A stretch of DNA of 64,000 nucleotides from the NCBI RefSeq assembly GCF_964194155.1, contig NC_135902.1, positions 27,590,001 to 27,654,000 on the forward strand, in the 5' to 3' direction. Shown piece after piece: positions 13,200 to 26,738 of this stretch. The stretch comes from Cetorhinus maximus (Eukaryota). The notes below the pieces were generated by a model, which was not told where the DNA came from, made no database searches, and saw only the letters and a list, made by a program, of their open reading frames with translations. Both the position numbers and the translations under genes were made by a program. Numbering within the stretch: position 1 is the first letter of the stretch; the number at the start of each line of letters is the position of its first letter.

Positions 13200-14420
13200 A
13201 CATTACTGACCACACACAGGTCTAAACTGCACATCACATCTACTCCAAATGAAAAATATATATATTTTGGGGGATTTTAATGCCCAGTGAATTTACAATT
13301 GGTTAGTCTGGAGAAAGACCTTGACATCATCTTCACAGCTAGTAATTCAGACTTGAAAGCACCGGTTGGATCATATGTCCGATATTGTCAACTCTACCTA
13401 TTTCTTTGCACCGCAAAAAAAAGGGATGACAGCTTACATTGCACATACAAATTTTCTGTAGTAAAAAGAAACCAGAAAACTAAGCAATCTTGTTCTACAC
13501 CCCATGACGAGCATTATTTCTGAGAGACATTTGTGAGATATAAGAAATGGCAATTCAAAGTTCCTGATCCTCTTTGTAAGGCAAAAAAGTTGCTAGTATT
13601 TTGCTTGAATAGATGAAGAATACATTTAGAGACATTACACTTCTGTTAACACTATTGGTATGTGCCTTTTGTTCATTGCAAAGCATCAATTGACATATCA
13701 GTTTTGATGGTAGAATAATGCAACAAAAACAGGTACACTGATGTGACTTTCTAAAGGATTAAAGAACCTAATTAAAATTAATCAAATGTTCCACTCTCAT
13801 TAGGAAAATTTTCTATACTTGAGATTTCTCATTGATGCAACAGACTTCAGAGTTCACTTAACAATCAGTCCCCTACAAGAGGTTCATGAGGGTAATGAGA
13901 AGGCATTTTTTGTTGAGCAACTTTGAAAAAAGACTTTTCAATGCAAAGCTCAAATGCTTCAGGCCTAGACAATTTACAATTCATAAAAAATAGGCCGTCT
14001 CAGCTTGTTTGATGTTACAAATGTGTGAGAACACCTTTATTTCTGGTTGCTTTCTTACCTGACCTGAAAAATTCCTAACAGCTTCATTAATTTATGAAAA
14101 GGGGAGGGATCCCCTCAATCCTTCCTTATATAGATTTATATATACTCTCATTAAATGTTGACTTTAAGCATTTGCAAAGATGTTAGAAACTAGTCTCAAG
14201 GGAATACATCCACATTGATTAAATCTGATCAAACAGGATTTATATTTTTTCAAAATGATGTGTGAATTTATCAAGGAATTCACCACAGTGAGATTGATGG
14301 ATTAAGAGCTTTGGTGGTCTCCTTAGGTACTGAAATATCTTTTGACCTTGTGGAATGTGAGGTCCTGTGCGCTGTGCTGGATGGATTAAGCCTGGAAGAC
14401 AAATTGCAGAATGTTTACAA
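13200..14420 (+). mobile_element. Ancient L1/Tx1-like LINE ORF2 remnant
   Basis: Degenerate motifs readable in order: ILGDFNA (about 13263-13283, endonuclease), ASGLD (KAPGPDG-like), NVDFK..FAKML, IKSDQTGF (about 14218-14241), SLGTEISFDLVE (SLDAEKAFDRVE-like). Confidence 0.65.
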
Positions 14421-14764
14421 AATCAGGAGTATACGATGAGAAAACGGAACAAAATATTGAAATGTCTTTGGCATGCTTAAGGCTAATCTATGTCTGTAAT
14501 TATGGGGGTAGAAATTGGTATGCATCAGGTTTAAAAGAGGCTCAAAGCTGACCAGCTTAGCAGTGAGACAGCCTCCGCTCAATCTGTGCAGGTGTTGGTC
14601 CCAATGCTAAACTCATGAGGCCCATTTTGTAGGTGTATCTCAGCTTGATCACAGTGCCTCAAATGTTATTGGACAGTTGCTACTTGAATTTTAGATAAGT
14701 TAAGCAGGTTTAAGCTCCTAGAATTTATTATAAATCTTGTACTTAAATGAAGATTTCTGTATAA

Positions 14765-14880
14765 AAAAAAGCTACTGAAGATGCTTGAAATTTGAAATGA
14801 AAACATAAAATGCAGGAAAACACTCATCTGGCCAGGCAGCATCTGTGGAGGGAGAAACAGATTTGATGGGTTAGGTTGTT
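14765..14880 (-). mobile_element. Degenerate Penelope-type terminal fragment
   Basis: ggaaaacactcatctggccaggcagcatctgtggagggagaaacag matches 63527-63572 and 59661-59710. Confidence 0.6.
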
Positions 14881-15834
14881 GTCCTAGCTCCAGAACATAG
14901 CATACCCCTTTCATTACTTTGAGGAGAATGCTTTCTGGGGAATTGGTTAACAAAGGATATGAACCTGTTGTTATAATGCTGCAATTATTAGCTGGAAAAT
15001 AAATGTCCAAGTAACTAAATAGTTCATGTTTTATTTAGAATATGCAGGGCTAAATTATTGAAAATCTCATGGACTGGAGAAATTGAAAACTGTTGATAAG
15101 ATTGAGTAATGTTATGGAAAGATTAACTTTATCACTGGTTTGGTTTGCCTGTTGAATACCAGCATAAGTGCTGCAATTCCTGACATTCATCCATCTTTAA
15201 ATCTAGTCATATGAAAATGTTGTAATAAGTTGTCTTAGGTTTGCAGACTAAAATATTCCTAAATCGATGCTTAGACATCATATTCAGGCCTCATTGTTCC
15301 CAAGAATTACACTTTGCAATATCTGTTTTTGCTGTGTTTAGAAATATTTTGATCATTTCACTAAGGTGCAGCCTTACAATGCCAATGTTAGGTTAACTTC
15401 CTAATATATTAAAGTACAAAAGTATTGTTTGGTGTAGTTTAGCTGTAGCAACATCCAATTCCCAGAATGTTACAATGCATTTTAGCAAAACCTTAGGAAG
15501 CATCATAATGAGAAGACATTTTGGGAGAAGAATTATTCTGGCTCATTTTCAGGTGCATCATCGTCAGTACACGCATAGCATGTTCCCAAACTAGCAGGCC
15601 TGAAGCTTACCTGAAACTAGGCCTCAGTTTCATTTTAATTATTATGGTAAGCTGCCAATGCGTGTTAGGCCTCCAGATGCAGCTTACGCTTTCCCACAAA
15701 TCAATTTAGGCCATTTTCAGCAGATTTCTCAGAGAGGAAAAGAGATTTTTTTTGGGCGGGGCGGGGGGGGAGGGGTGGGCGGTGCAGGGTGGTGTGGTGG
15801 GGGAGTGGTGTTGGGGGTTCTAAGATTTGAGGAG

Positions 15835-16040
15835 ATGACAAGATAAAGTCAGGCAAGGCCATAAAGAAACTTAAATCCAATGGTGAGAATTTAAAATGTC
15901 AGGTTTTCCTGAACCAGGAGCCAATGTAGGACAGTGAGGACAGGGTTAAGCAGCATTTGGTGTGTGATAGCATATGGGCTGTTTTGGATGAGCTGAGGTT
16001 TATGGAGCTTGGAGGATGGGGGACCAGCCAGGAGAGCATT
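15835..16040 (-). mobile_element. L2 LINE fragment
   Basis: gagaatttaaaat...aaccaggagccaatgtagg...ttttggatgagctgaggtttatgg is the reverse complement of the L2 HWLP/IQN region. Confidence 0.5.
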
Positions 16041-16606
16041 TAAGGTTCACGGTTCAGTTTTGACATGTAAGAGCAGTGAGGCTGAGTTGCATCCATGGGG
16101 AGAGAACATGACAGTGCAATCATGGAACTGTGATGTATGTTATGAATTAAACCCAAGGGACAGATTTCACAGTGGACTAGTTTTAGTCTAGCTTGTTTGT
16201 AATGTAAATCATAGTAAAAAAAAAATGGTCTGTAGCTATTCCTCTCAAGTTTATTTTTAACCTTGATAAAGATTAGTTGATGCTCTACATATGCATTGTG
16301 GACTGGCAGTAAAAGCTGCACTTGTTTGCTGATTTGCCAGCTGCCTCCTAGCAGTTTACTGATAATACAGTTTCTGTTATAATGAAGATGACTTAATTTG
16401 AAAATTAAAATTCATTAGCATGAATAAACCATGTAACTGATGAAAGGTGTCTAAAAAATTGCATGACTATCGAGGAGAATGCATATGTGGACTGCTGGTC
16501 TAAATTGATTTAAGTGCTAGAGCAGCTGTAATTTAAGGAGGCTTTACATTTTTCTCCAGACAGAACTTGTTGTCGCAGTCAAATCATTTGATTTGAACAG
16601 CATCAT

Positions 16607-16736
16607 CGCGCGGGATCTTCCTCACCCGCCCACCGCTGGGATCGTCCGATCCCGCCGCAAGTCAATGCACTTCTGGCTGGGGCACCACCTCCCCCGCGGC
16701 GGGTCCCGCCCACAACTGGGCAGGAAAATCCCAGCC
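16607..16736. mobile_element. Very short (about 130 bp) Harbinger-type MITE
   Basis: Ends gcgggatcttcc and ggaaaatcccagcc, flanked by CAT (16604-16606) and CAT (16737-16739). GC-rich island in AT-rich context. Confidence 0.65.
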
Positions 16737-17479
16737 CATGCTATTTTTTGATTATTTCCCGTCTTGATATAAACATTTTGATTGCCCCAACAGAGCTTTG
16801 AAGATTGAGAAAATATTGAACTATTGCTGGACGTTTGCTTCTTTTAAGCCCTACTAAACATAATTTTCATTCAGTCTTGGACTATGAAAGACTGTACACC
16901 AGCAAGAACATTGCCCACTTGACATTTTTGCCCCTCTTTTTCTAGAAGTGTCAATTCCTGTAGAGGTACTGTTCTGCAGGTTCTAGCAGCCGTTCAGCAC
17001 CCTGTGGGGGGAACACTCTGGCACCTTCTGTTATCTTGTCCATGCCTAGGTGACCCTACAGTGGGGAGCATGTGGAGACCACCAAGTACTGTTGGGGCCT
17101 TCCGCAACTGGTGGGTACCGCAGGACATAAAGGCCTGGAGTTTCTGCTCAATTGTGTTGCAGAGGAATTCCCCTGAAATCAGTCAAACCAGCACAAAAGA
17201 TTTTGGAACTCTAGGTGAAATTGAGCTTCTACAATCTTTTGTTTAGTTTAAAAATCATTGACATAGAAGCCAGACCCACCCATGTCCCCAGAGTGAATTA
17301 ATTATCATTGGGAGTTTCCACTATTTGCGCCTGTTTGCAGGCCTTCAAGGAGGCTGTTAAAATTAAACTGGATCCTTTGAGCACAAGCACATTTTAACAG
17401 CTTTTGAATATAATTTGTTGAAAATTTACTCAGAAACTGACTACTGTACAACAACCAAAGTAGTTCAGAGGGGAGAGAA

Positions 17480-20400
17480 GCTGAGATGGAATTAAAGTTA
17501 AAACACTAGTTAGTGAGTCTGGAGAGCAGAGGAAACATAGGCTAGATAAAAAAGAAGTGAGTTTAGCAAGGCTAAATGGAATATATTTTAATGCAAGGTG
17601 CCTGAGGAAAAAGACAGACAAGCTGAGGGCACAGATAGGAACGTGGGTGTATGATATTGTAGCAATGACCGAGTTTGGCTAAAAGAAGGGCAGGATTGGC
17701 AGCTCAACATTCCTGGTTATAGGAATTCAGATTCAGATGAGATAGAAAGGGGGTTGAAGAGGAGGGGAGTCACAATATTGATCAAGGAATCAATTATAGC
17801 AGTGAGGAGGGATGATATCCTGGAAGGATCATCAAATAAGGCCATATGAGTGGAAATAAACAACACAAAAGGGGAAAACACGCTGTTGGGTGTGTACTAT
17901 AGGCCCCCAAACAGTCAGGGAGAGAGAGGGTCAAATATGTAATCAAATTTCAGAGAAGAGTAAGAATAATAAGGCAGAAATAGTAGGGGATTTTAATTAC
18001 CCAAATATTAACTGAGGCAGTTTTAGTGTGTAAGGTAGGGAGGGAGCAAAATTCTTAAATTGCATCCAGGAGAACTTTTTTAGCCAGTACATATAAAGCC
18101 CAACAAGGGAGGAGGCAGTTCTGGACCTAATATTTAGAAATGAACCCGGGCAGGTCAAAGACGTATCAGTAGGGGGGCGCATTTTGGAGGTAGTGATCAT
18201 AACTCAGTTAGGTTTAGGATAGTTATGGAAAAGGATAAGGTTGGGCCAGGGATAAAAGTTCTAAACTGGGGAAAGGCTAATTGTACTAAGATGAGATGCA
18301 ATTTGGCCCAAGAGGACTGGGAGCAGCTATTTGCAGATAAAACTGTGTCAGAGCAGTGGGAGGCATTCAAGGAGGTAATAGCGAGAGTGCAGGGAAAATA
18401 TGTTCCATAAAGACAAAGGGGAGGACTAAGTCCAGGGAACCCTGGATGTCAAGGGACATAAAAATTAGGATTAGGGAAAAAAGAGAAGATTATGGCAGAT
18501 ACCAAGGGCTCAATACGGCAGAGTCCTTAGAGGAGTATAGAAAGTGCAGGGGGGATCTTAAAAAGGAAATTAGGAAAGCTAAGAGAGTGCATGAGAAAGC
18601 GTTGATGAGTAGAATAAAGGAAAACCCAAAGGGGTTTTTTGAATATATAAAGAGCAAGAGAATAACTGGGGAAAGAATAGGGCCAATTAAGGACCATAGA
18701 GATAATCTGTTTGTGGATCGGACGACGTGGGTACAGTCCTCAATGAATACTTTGCATCTGTCTTCACAATGGAAAAGGACGACGCAGGTATAGACACCAG
18801 GGTGGAGAACTGTGAAATATTAGAGGAAATTAACATAGAGAGAGAGGGGGTAATAGCGGGTATAGCGGCCTTAAAAGTGGATAAATCTGCAGGCCTGGAT
18901 GAAGTGTATCCCAAGTTGTTGAGGGAGGCAATGGAAGAGATATGAGGGGCCCTGGCAGTAATTTTCAAATCCTCTCTGGCCACAAGTGAGGCACCAAAGG
19001 ACTGGAGGACTGCTAACATTGTCCCATTATTAAAAAAGGGAGGAAGGGATAGACCAGGAAATTACAGGCCAGTCAGTTTAACCTTGGTGGTAGGGAAGTT
19101 ACCAGAAAGAATTCTGAGGGACAGAATATATCTGCACTTGGAGAGACATGGATTAACCAGGGATAGTCAGCATGGGTTTGTTAAGGGAAGGTCGTGTTTG
19201 ACAAATTTGATTGAATTTTTTGAGGAGGTAACTAGAAGCGTTGATGAGGCTAATGCATTGGATGTGGTCTACATGGAATTTCACAAGGTCCCTCATGACA
19301 GAGTGGTCAAGAAAGCCAGTGCCTGTGGGATCCATGGCAAAGTGGCACGTTGGATCCAAAATTGGATGAGGGGCAGGAGTGGAGGGTGATGGTAGAGGGA
19401 TGTTTCTGTGACTGGAAGTCTATTTCCAGTGGGGTTCTGCAGGGCTCAGTGCTGGGGCCCTTGCTGTTTATGGTGTACATAAATGATTTGGACTTAAATG
19501 TAGGGGTTACGATTAAGAAGTTCATGGATGACACGGAAATTGTTAGGGTGGCAAATAGTGAGGAGGATAGCTGTAAACTTCAGGAGGATATCAATGGACT
19601 GGTCAGGTGGGTAGAGCAGTGGCAAATGGAATTCAACTCCGAAAAATGTGAGGTAATGCACTTGGGGAGGGCTAATATGGCAAGGGATTACACTATGAAT
19701 GGTAGGACCCTGGAAAGTACTGAAGAGCGGAGTGACCTTGGTGTGCATATCCACAGATCTCTGAAGGTAGCAGGGCAGGTAGGTAAGGTGGTTAGGAAGG
19801 CATATGGGATACTTGCCTTTATTAGCCGAGGCATAGAATACAAGAGCAGGGAGGTTGTGCTGGAATTGTATAAAACGCTAGTTAGGCCACAACTGGAGTA
19901 CTGCATGCAGTTCTGGTCACCACATTATAGGAAGGATGTGATTGCACTGGAGAAGGTGCAGAGATTTACCAGAATGCTGCCTGGGCTGGAGGGTCTGAGC
20001 TATGAGGAAAGATTGGACAGGCTGGGGTTGTTTTCCTTGGGGCAGTGAAGGTTGAGAGAGAACCTGATAGAGGTGTATAAGATTATGGGCAGAATTTTCG
20101 GGTCGGTGAGTGGGGGTGGGGCCCGCTCGCTGACGTTTAAAATGACACACAATGACGTCGGGCGTGCATCCTGACGCCATTGTGATGTTTCGTGCGGCGG
20201 GTGAGTGCCGGAGTCAGCTGCGCGCCCGCCGAAATGTCAACGGCCAATAAAGGCCATTAAGAAATCAATTAAAGCAGTTAAGAATGCTGCCCATCCAACC
20301 TCAAGAGCCCAGGCGGCCTTCGCATTTTTCATGGAATCTCATCCATGGGCGGGATGAGGTTTCATGAAGTGTTTAAAAATTGAATTAAAAATTCATTGAC

Positions 20401-20960
20401 ATGTCCAGCTCATGTGACACTATCACATGAGGGGACATGTTTTAAAATGTTTTAATATCTTTATTTACATGTTTAAAACTTAAACGAATCTCCCTGATGC
20501 ACGTCTGTGTCTCAGGGAGATTTCTGAGCTCTTTCATGCACATGCGCGAAAGAGCACAGGCCCTGACTCAGGGAATCCCCCCCCCTCCCGCCTGCACAGG
20601 GAGCGCTCAGCACTTCCAGGTGTGCATCACGCTGGGCGGGCCTTAATTGGCCCACCCACATAAAAAGGCGGCGCGGGCCCGATCGGGGGCACTGATTGGG
20701 TTCGCCCCGCCCCCGCCTGCCCCCACACAACCCCCCCCCCCCCCCGACGCGGAGAAAATTCTACCCTATGAGGGGCATAGATAGGATGGATAGGTAGGCA
20801 CTTTTTCCATTAGTAGAGGGGTCAATAACCAGGGGGCATAGATTTAAGGTAAGAGGTAGAAGGATAAGAGGGGAGTTGAGGAGAAGTTTTTCAACCAGTG
20901 GGTAGTGGGAGTATGGAACTCACTGCCTGAAAGAGTGGTTGAGTCAGAAACTCTCATAAC
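17480..20960 (+). mobile_element. CR1-clade LINE ORF2 (endonuclease plus RT), frameshifted and interrupted by a MITE at 20087-20766
   Basis: Motifs YFNAR, GVYYRPP, VGDFNYP, LDLIF, SDHN, KSAGLDEVYP, NYRPVSLT, QHGFVKGRSCLTNL, SGVLQGSVLGPLLF, KFMDDT, WQMEFNSEKC, LYKTLVRPQLEYC, LSYEERL. Confidence 0.93.
20087..20766. mobile_element. Harbinger MITE (family A) inserted in the CR1 LINE
   Basis: TIRs GGGCAGAATTTT and AAAATTCTACCC with perfect TSD TAT (20084-20086, 20767-20769). Removing the MITE and one TSD copy restores CR1 YKIMRGIDR. Confidence 0.95.
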
Positions 20961-20961
20961 T

Positions 20962-21590
20962 ATCTCTTTCTCTTTCTCTCTCTATCCCTATCGCTCCATC
21001 TAACCCTCTCTCTCTATCCCTCCCTCACTCTATCCCTCTCTATCTCTCTTGCTACCTCTCTCTCTATCTCTCTCTCTCCTCATGTATCTCTGTCTCTCTA
21101 TCTTTCTTTGTATCTCTCTCTCTCACTGTCGCTCCCTCTCTATCTATCTCTCTCTCTTCATCCCTCTCTATGTCTCTCTGTCTCTCTCTTTCTCTATCTC
21201 TCTTTTCTATCTCTCTCTCTCCCTATCTTTCACTCTATCTCTCTCTATATCTCCCTCTAGGTCCCCCTCTATCTCTCTCTTCATCTCTCCATCTCTCTTT
21301 CTTTCTCTCTCTCTTTCTCTCTCTCGCCCTCTATATCTCTCTAATCTCTCAATTTTAATCTCTCTCTATCTCTCACTCTATCTCTCACTCTCTCTCTCGC
21401 TCTCCCTCTCTCTGTCTCTTCATCTCTCTCTTTATATCTCGCCCTCTATCTCTCTCTCTCTACTTCTCTCTAGCTCTCTATCTCTCCCTCTTTCCCTCTC
21501 TCTTTCATTATCTCTCTCTCTTTATGTTTTTCTCTGTCTCTCTATTTCTCTGTCTCTATCTCTCTCTCTCTCTATCTCTCTCTATCTCCT
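20962..21590. repeat. Long imperfect (CT)n/(CTAT)-rich microsatellite, polypyrimidine tract
   Basis: About 630 bp of near-continuous ctctct with interspersed atct and gtct. Confidence 0.95.
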
Positions 21591-21689
21591 GCACCATTAC
21601 CTCTGGTGTCCCCCTATCCTTAGTCCCCTCTTATTTCTTAATCTACGTATGCTGCTCCTTAGGGCCATGATTTGAAAACATAGCGTCTG

Positions 21690-22586
21690 ACAACACCCAG
21701 CTCTACCTCACCACCACCCCTCTCAACTCCTCCACACTCTCTAAATGATCAGACTGCTTATCCAACATCCAGTACTAGATGAGCAGAAATTTCCTCCAAT
21801 TAAATATTGGGAGGACCAAATCCATTGTCTCCAGTCTTCAAAACAAGTTCCATTTCCTAGCAACTGACTCCATCCCTCTCCCTGGCAACTGTCTGAGATT
21901 GAATCAGAATGTTCACAACCTTGATATCAAATTTGACCCCAAGGCAAGCTTCCAAGCACATATCCACACCATCACTAAAACTGCCTAATTTTGTAATAAT
22001 GCCTGACTCCACCTCCATCTCAGCTTAACTGTTATTGAAACCCTCATCTATGCTTTAGTTACATTTGGGTGTGACCATTCAAACACACTCCTGGCTAGCC
22101 TCCCACATTCTACCCCCCATAAACATCTGGTCATCCAAAACTCTATTGCTGCTGTCCTTAATCGCACCATCCCAATCACCTCACTTAGCGGCATTGGCTC
22201 CCAGTTAAAATCCTCATCCTTGTTTTCCAGTCTCTACATTCTTCGTCCTCTCCCTATCTCTGTAGTCTCCTTCAGCCCCACACAACCCTCTGAAATATGT
22301 GAGCTCCTCGAATTCCAGCCTCTTGAACATCGACAATTTTAACTGCTCCAGTGTTGATGGCTGTGCGTTGAGCTGTCAAGGTCCGAAGTTCTGTAATTCC
22401 CTACCTAAATCTCTCCACTCCTCTTTTCTCCTTTAAAATGCTCCCTAACCTCTTTGACCAAGCTTTTGATTATCTGTCCAAATATCCCCTTACGTAATGC
22501 AGTCACATTTTACAGAATAACACTCCTGTGAAGCACCTTGGGATCTTTCACTGCATTAAAGGGACTATATAAAAACAAGTTGTTGA
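21690..22586 (+). mobile_element. L2 LINE 3' fragment with tail
   Basis: MSRNFLQLNIGRTK, ETLIYALVT; tail gaagcaccttgggat...gggactatataaaaacaagttgttg. Confidence 0.85.
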
Positions 22587-22864
22587 TATTCATGGCAGAT
22601 TTCACACTGGGCAATATGGAAATGAATTCAAGCAGAAACTCAAGGTGAAAGAAACGCATAACTAAATGAGTGCAATTTTGGCTGCAATGCGTTCACAGAT
22701 TGCCAATTATACCCAAAGTGTAAACTGTACTCTTGAGTGTCTTACTGATATAAATAATAACATTAATACAATTTAGTTCAATTAGATTTTATGTTTAATT
22801 ATGTTATTGGTGTTTCCTTGGTTAAAAGGAGGCCTTATGCAGTTGCATTTCTGTTAGTGACACT

Positions 22865-24950
22865 GGCCTGAATTTTTGTGGGGACAGAAGGGGACTCCAA
22901 CTTAGGTAAAGTGGCACTGGAACCCCAATTACAGAAGCCTCGCCCCCGAATCTGGCACCCACCATTTTCACCAGGGGGGAATGGGATGGGTCGTAGTTTG
23001 CACATCTGTGGTTCACAAGGGTAACTGCAAATGTAAAAATGTAGCTGCCTTCAAACAGATGCAAGTTTCATTCATGGGATGTGCAAAACATGACTCGTGG
23101 ATTTTAGACATTTGAGAAAAACGTCTAAAGCTGCCAGAGTCATTTTGAGAGGTAGGGTAGACTTTTGCAGTTATAAAGTCCCCTTTTCGAGAGGTCAAGT
23201 GGCTTTTGGGAGAAGTCATGTCCTTTAGGAGAGGTAAGGCACTGTTTGTGATTGTTAAAATTAGACATGAATGTGCATAAATAGTGAATAAATTCATTGG
23301 AACTGTCAAGCTGCCAAAGCATTTAAATCCCCAAGCCCTTTAATTTGTCTTTAAAAAAAAACAGTCTGCTGTGGTTGCTTGCAATTTCACTATGTCTGTT
23401 GACATAAGCCTGAGGGTTATCATTATAGTACTAGTGCTGCATGACTGATTCTACAACTTAACATTATCACAGTGGGGACCTATACTTTCACAGTTTGATT
23501 GACAGCTGAGTGGTTACAAAGTTTTTTGTTGTGGGCTGTGAATACAAATGCTTGTTTTTATAATGGATTAAGCACTTGAATAAAATATTTGTTTTCATAA
23601 AGGATTAAGTAGTGGAAGGAATTTAAAAATATTGAATGGGTTTTTATCAATGACTATTTTTGTTTTAAATAGCGAAGTTATCAATAGATACTTAGGGCAG
23701 AACTTTCCCCTCTTCGGGCAGGCGCAGTGGGCGGACCCAGGAAAAGCCACAAGATGGACCGCTGCCTACGATCGGGCTTCGACTGCAATTTCACGCTGGC
23801 TGGCCAATTAACGGCCAGCCAGCATGAAACGTGTGTTGAGAGCCTCAGCACTGCCAGGGTGGGGGCGAGAGGAGCATGAGCACTGAAGTCTGTGCATGCG
23901 CAGAGGAGCACGCACTGCAAGGTTCCTAAAGGCACAGAGCTGCCTCAGGGAGCTGAAGAATTTTAAAATGAAAAATAAACATTTTACAAATGATATAAAC
24001 ATGTCCCTGCATGTGACGCAGTCACATGAAGAGGGACATGTTGAAAATGATGTTAAAATTTTAAAAAATTTTTCAGCTACCATTGGAAACCACATTCTGT
24101 CAGTGGATGAGGTCTCATAAAAAATAAAAAGGCTGCCTGACCTATTTGCCCCATCCCCAATCCAACGGTTGAGCGGCAGTGAAAAATACAAATTAATTAC
24201 TTGTTTAAGGGTCGTAATCGGCCTCCTAATTGTCGGCAGGTGTGCTGCTGCCTCCCATGCATGCCCGCCGACCGAAAGATTGCAAGATTGCGAGATGACA
24301 CCGGGATGCTCGCCCGACATCATCACACACCATTTCACTCCTGTTCGGGTCGGGCGCGCGCCCGCCCGCAGGACAACAAGTTCTGCCCTTAGACTTTTAT
24401 TTTATTTCATCTAAGCATGGCTCCCGATGTCTGCCTCTGGTAGATATTGGGTGAGTTCGCATGGAGGATGTCAGGCAAAGGGTGGTGGGTGGGGGGCATG
24501 AGTTGGTACTAAGTTAGCATAGGGGCTATAGAGGGCCAGGGGGATGAGTGGGGAGGTCTTGGCTTTGCATGAGTTGGCACTAAGATGGCATAGGAGGTAC
24601 AAAGGGCCATGGGAGTGGGTAAAGGGGATAGCTTGGTATGGAGGGTATGAGGGACCAAGAGGGTGGGTGGCGGCATGAAGTGGCATGGTTGGTGCGTTGG
24701 GGGAGGGGGGGGGGTGGCGAGGGAATGTGAGTGCTAAGAGCTAGAGTGCTGCTTTTTTTTTTACAGCTGGGACGAAGAGCACCGAGGGTGTGCCTTTTAA
24801 ATGGCTGCCTCGGCACCTGGTAGCCCCTGTGGATGTCTCCACACTCTTTCTAGGGGTGGTGGGCGTGGCTCGGACTGCCTGTGGCACTCCTTTCCGATCT
24901 GGGCTTGCGGAGCTGGGAATTCCCTCGATTTGTGAGTGAAAATTCGGCCC
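22865..24950. mobile_element. Older Harbinger-type non-autonomous element hosting the 23695-24388 MITE
   Basis: Ends ggcctgaattttt and aaaattcggccc. The interior is homologous to about 40990-41660, which lacks the MITE. Confidence 0.65.
23695..24388. mobile_element. Harbinger MITE (family A)
   Basis: TIRs GGGCAGAACTT and AAGTTCTGCCC with TSD TTA (23692-23694, 24389-24391). Internal hairpins present. Confidence 0.92.
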
Positions 24951-25494
24951 CTTGTGTCACCTCCTGCTGGTTTAGTTAAAATAAGACGGGTCAATGTCTA
25001 ACTTTCATCTTGAAAGCAACTAACCTGTGGGAGCTGCTTCTTGTGGCACTCCAGAAAGTGAATGTCAGCCAGCTATTTGACTGTGGAAGGCATTGATTAA
25101 GGTCCTATTCTCACATAACATTCATAGCAAGGATCACAAGACTGTCAATCCTGTTTATTTTTCCTCCAATTGGGGCACTGTGATTAAACATAAATTCCGA
25201 CGTGTTATTTCAACTGACAATAGTACCATCTGGTCTATGATTCGGTACTGAGGTAACATTATACTACAATTTATCTCCTACTATTAAGTAGTGCTTGTGT
25301 CACAGCTTACTAACATTGTTTAGTGGTGATAAAAAAGGGAAACCTTTGAGCGCAATGACTTAAGTCTAATATTCAACCTGTAGCCTCACTCGCAGTCTTG
25401 TCTCTATATTTTTTGTACCTGAATTTTCTTCCCCTCTGTCCCTGAAGGCAGAGTTGAGGATTCATGGCTGCCAGCAGCATTTTTGGTCATGAGC

Positions 25495-26738
25495 CAGTCT
25501 TAGGATTGTCCCAGATTTGCACGAAGCGCGGTAGCGGGCAGATAAAACATTGTACCCGTCAGCCGTAATGGAGGCTTCTCACGCCATATCGTCCCAAGCC
25601 CACCGCATTAATTAAGCATTCCCGGAAAACACGCTGTTTCCATGGTGGGCCGGCTCCACTCCACCCGCCACACCGTCACCTCGCCACTTTATCACGCTGG
25701 GCGCCATATTTAAAATATAGCCGCACGCACATCTCTCAGTGCTTCCAGCCCAGGACTGCTGCAAATAAGACATTGCCCCGAAAGGCAAGAAGACTTTAGC
25801 CCCCAGGTTTAGTGACGCATTCCTTGAGCGCCTTTTGGATGCTGTGGAGACCCACCGTGATGCCCTCTACCCCTGCTCTAGCCGCAGGACGGGCAGTAAC
25901 ATTGCTACTCCGGCTTGCTAGGCGATGGCAGTGGCGATCAGCGCCAACGTTGCACAGAAGAGGTTGACCATCCAATGCAGAAAGAGGATGAATGATCTCA
26001 TCTGTGCCTCCAGGGTAAGACAACCATCTCATCACTCTCAACTCACACACTCAAGCCTATCGCACTTTCACTGGCATCTCACTCACTGCCAGCTCAAGGG
26101 ACACCACCCTCTCTCACACTCTCTCACACACACCCTGCACGGGCCACTTGCTCAGATGAACTTGTGCCCCCACACAAATCATGGGATACCCCACTTAACC
26201 AGTACAGCCTCTTCCCTTGCCCGAGGCCACTTCTTCTCCTTCCCTAAGCAAGCGCTAGTCCTGCAGCGGTACAAAGCCACCTCCGCCTTATATCCTCTGA
26301 TAGGTAGAGTCCTGCCTGTGCGCTCCCCTAAAAGTGATGTGGTACTGCCTGTGAAGCCTGGCGTCGATGACTGCGAGCGCTGCCCGAAAAAAGGTAGGTA
26401 AACAAACCTCGAAGGCCCAAGTGAAGTGCAGCTCGCCAGGTGCAGGTCACTTATGTGCAGTTGTGAAACACGTTGGCGTGCAATCACACCCACGTGGGTG
26501 GATGATCCAGTGTGGGGGAATGAGTCTGGCGTGCTAGTCTTACTATGATATGCATTTGTATTACAACGAGGCTCCCAAAGTCCAATGGCGGGAAACACGG
26601 CCCACCATCAATGGGCTAAGCGGACGATGGCAAACTGGTTTCACGAGGTTGTGAAACCGATTTTTAGCCTTTTCGCCATATTGTCCGCTCATGCCGCCAA
26701 ACATGGCTGATGCCAGCGGGCCCCTGAGAATTCCCCCC
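25495..26738 (+). mobile_element. Non-autonomous Harbinger (family B) with a degenerate Myb/SANT exon 1
   Basis: catatttaaa upstream. The exon at about 25772-26014 reads FSDAFLERLLDAVETHRDALYP...AQKRLTIQCRKRMNDLICASR, with donor GTAAGA at 26015. Right end gagaattccccc. Confidence 0.8.

Noticed and set aside
21049-21675. 208-aa Ser/Leu ORF
   Set aside because: Translation of the (CT)n microsatellite.
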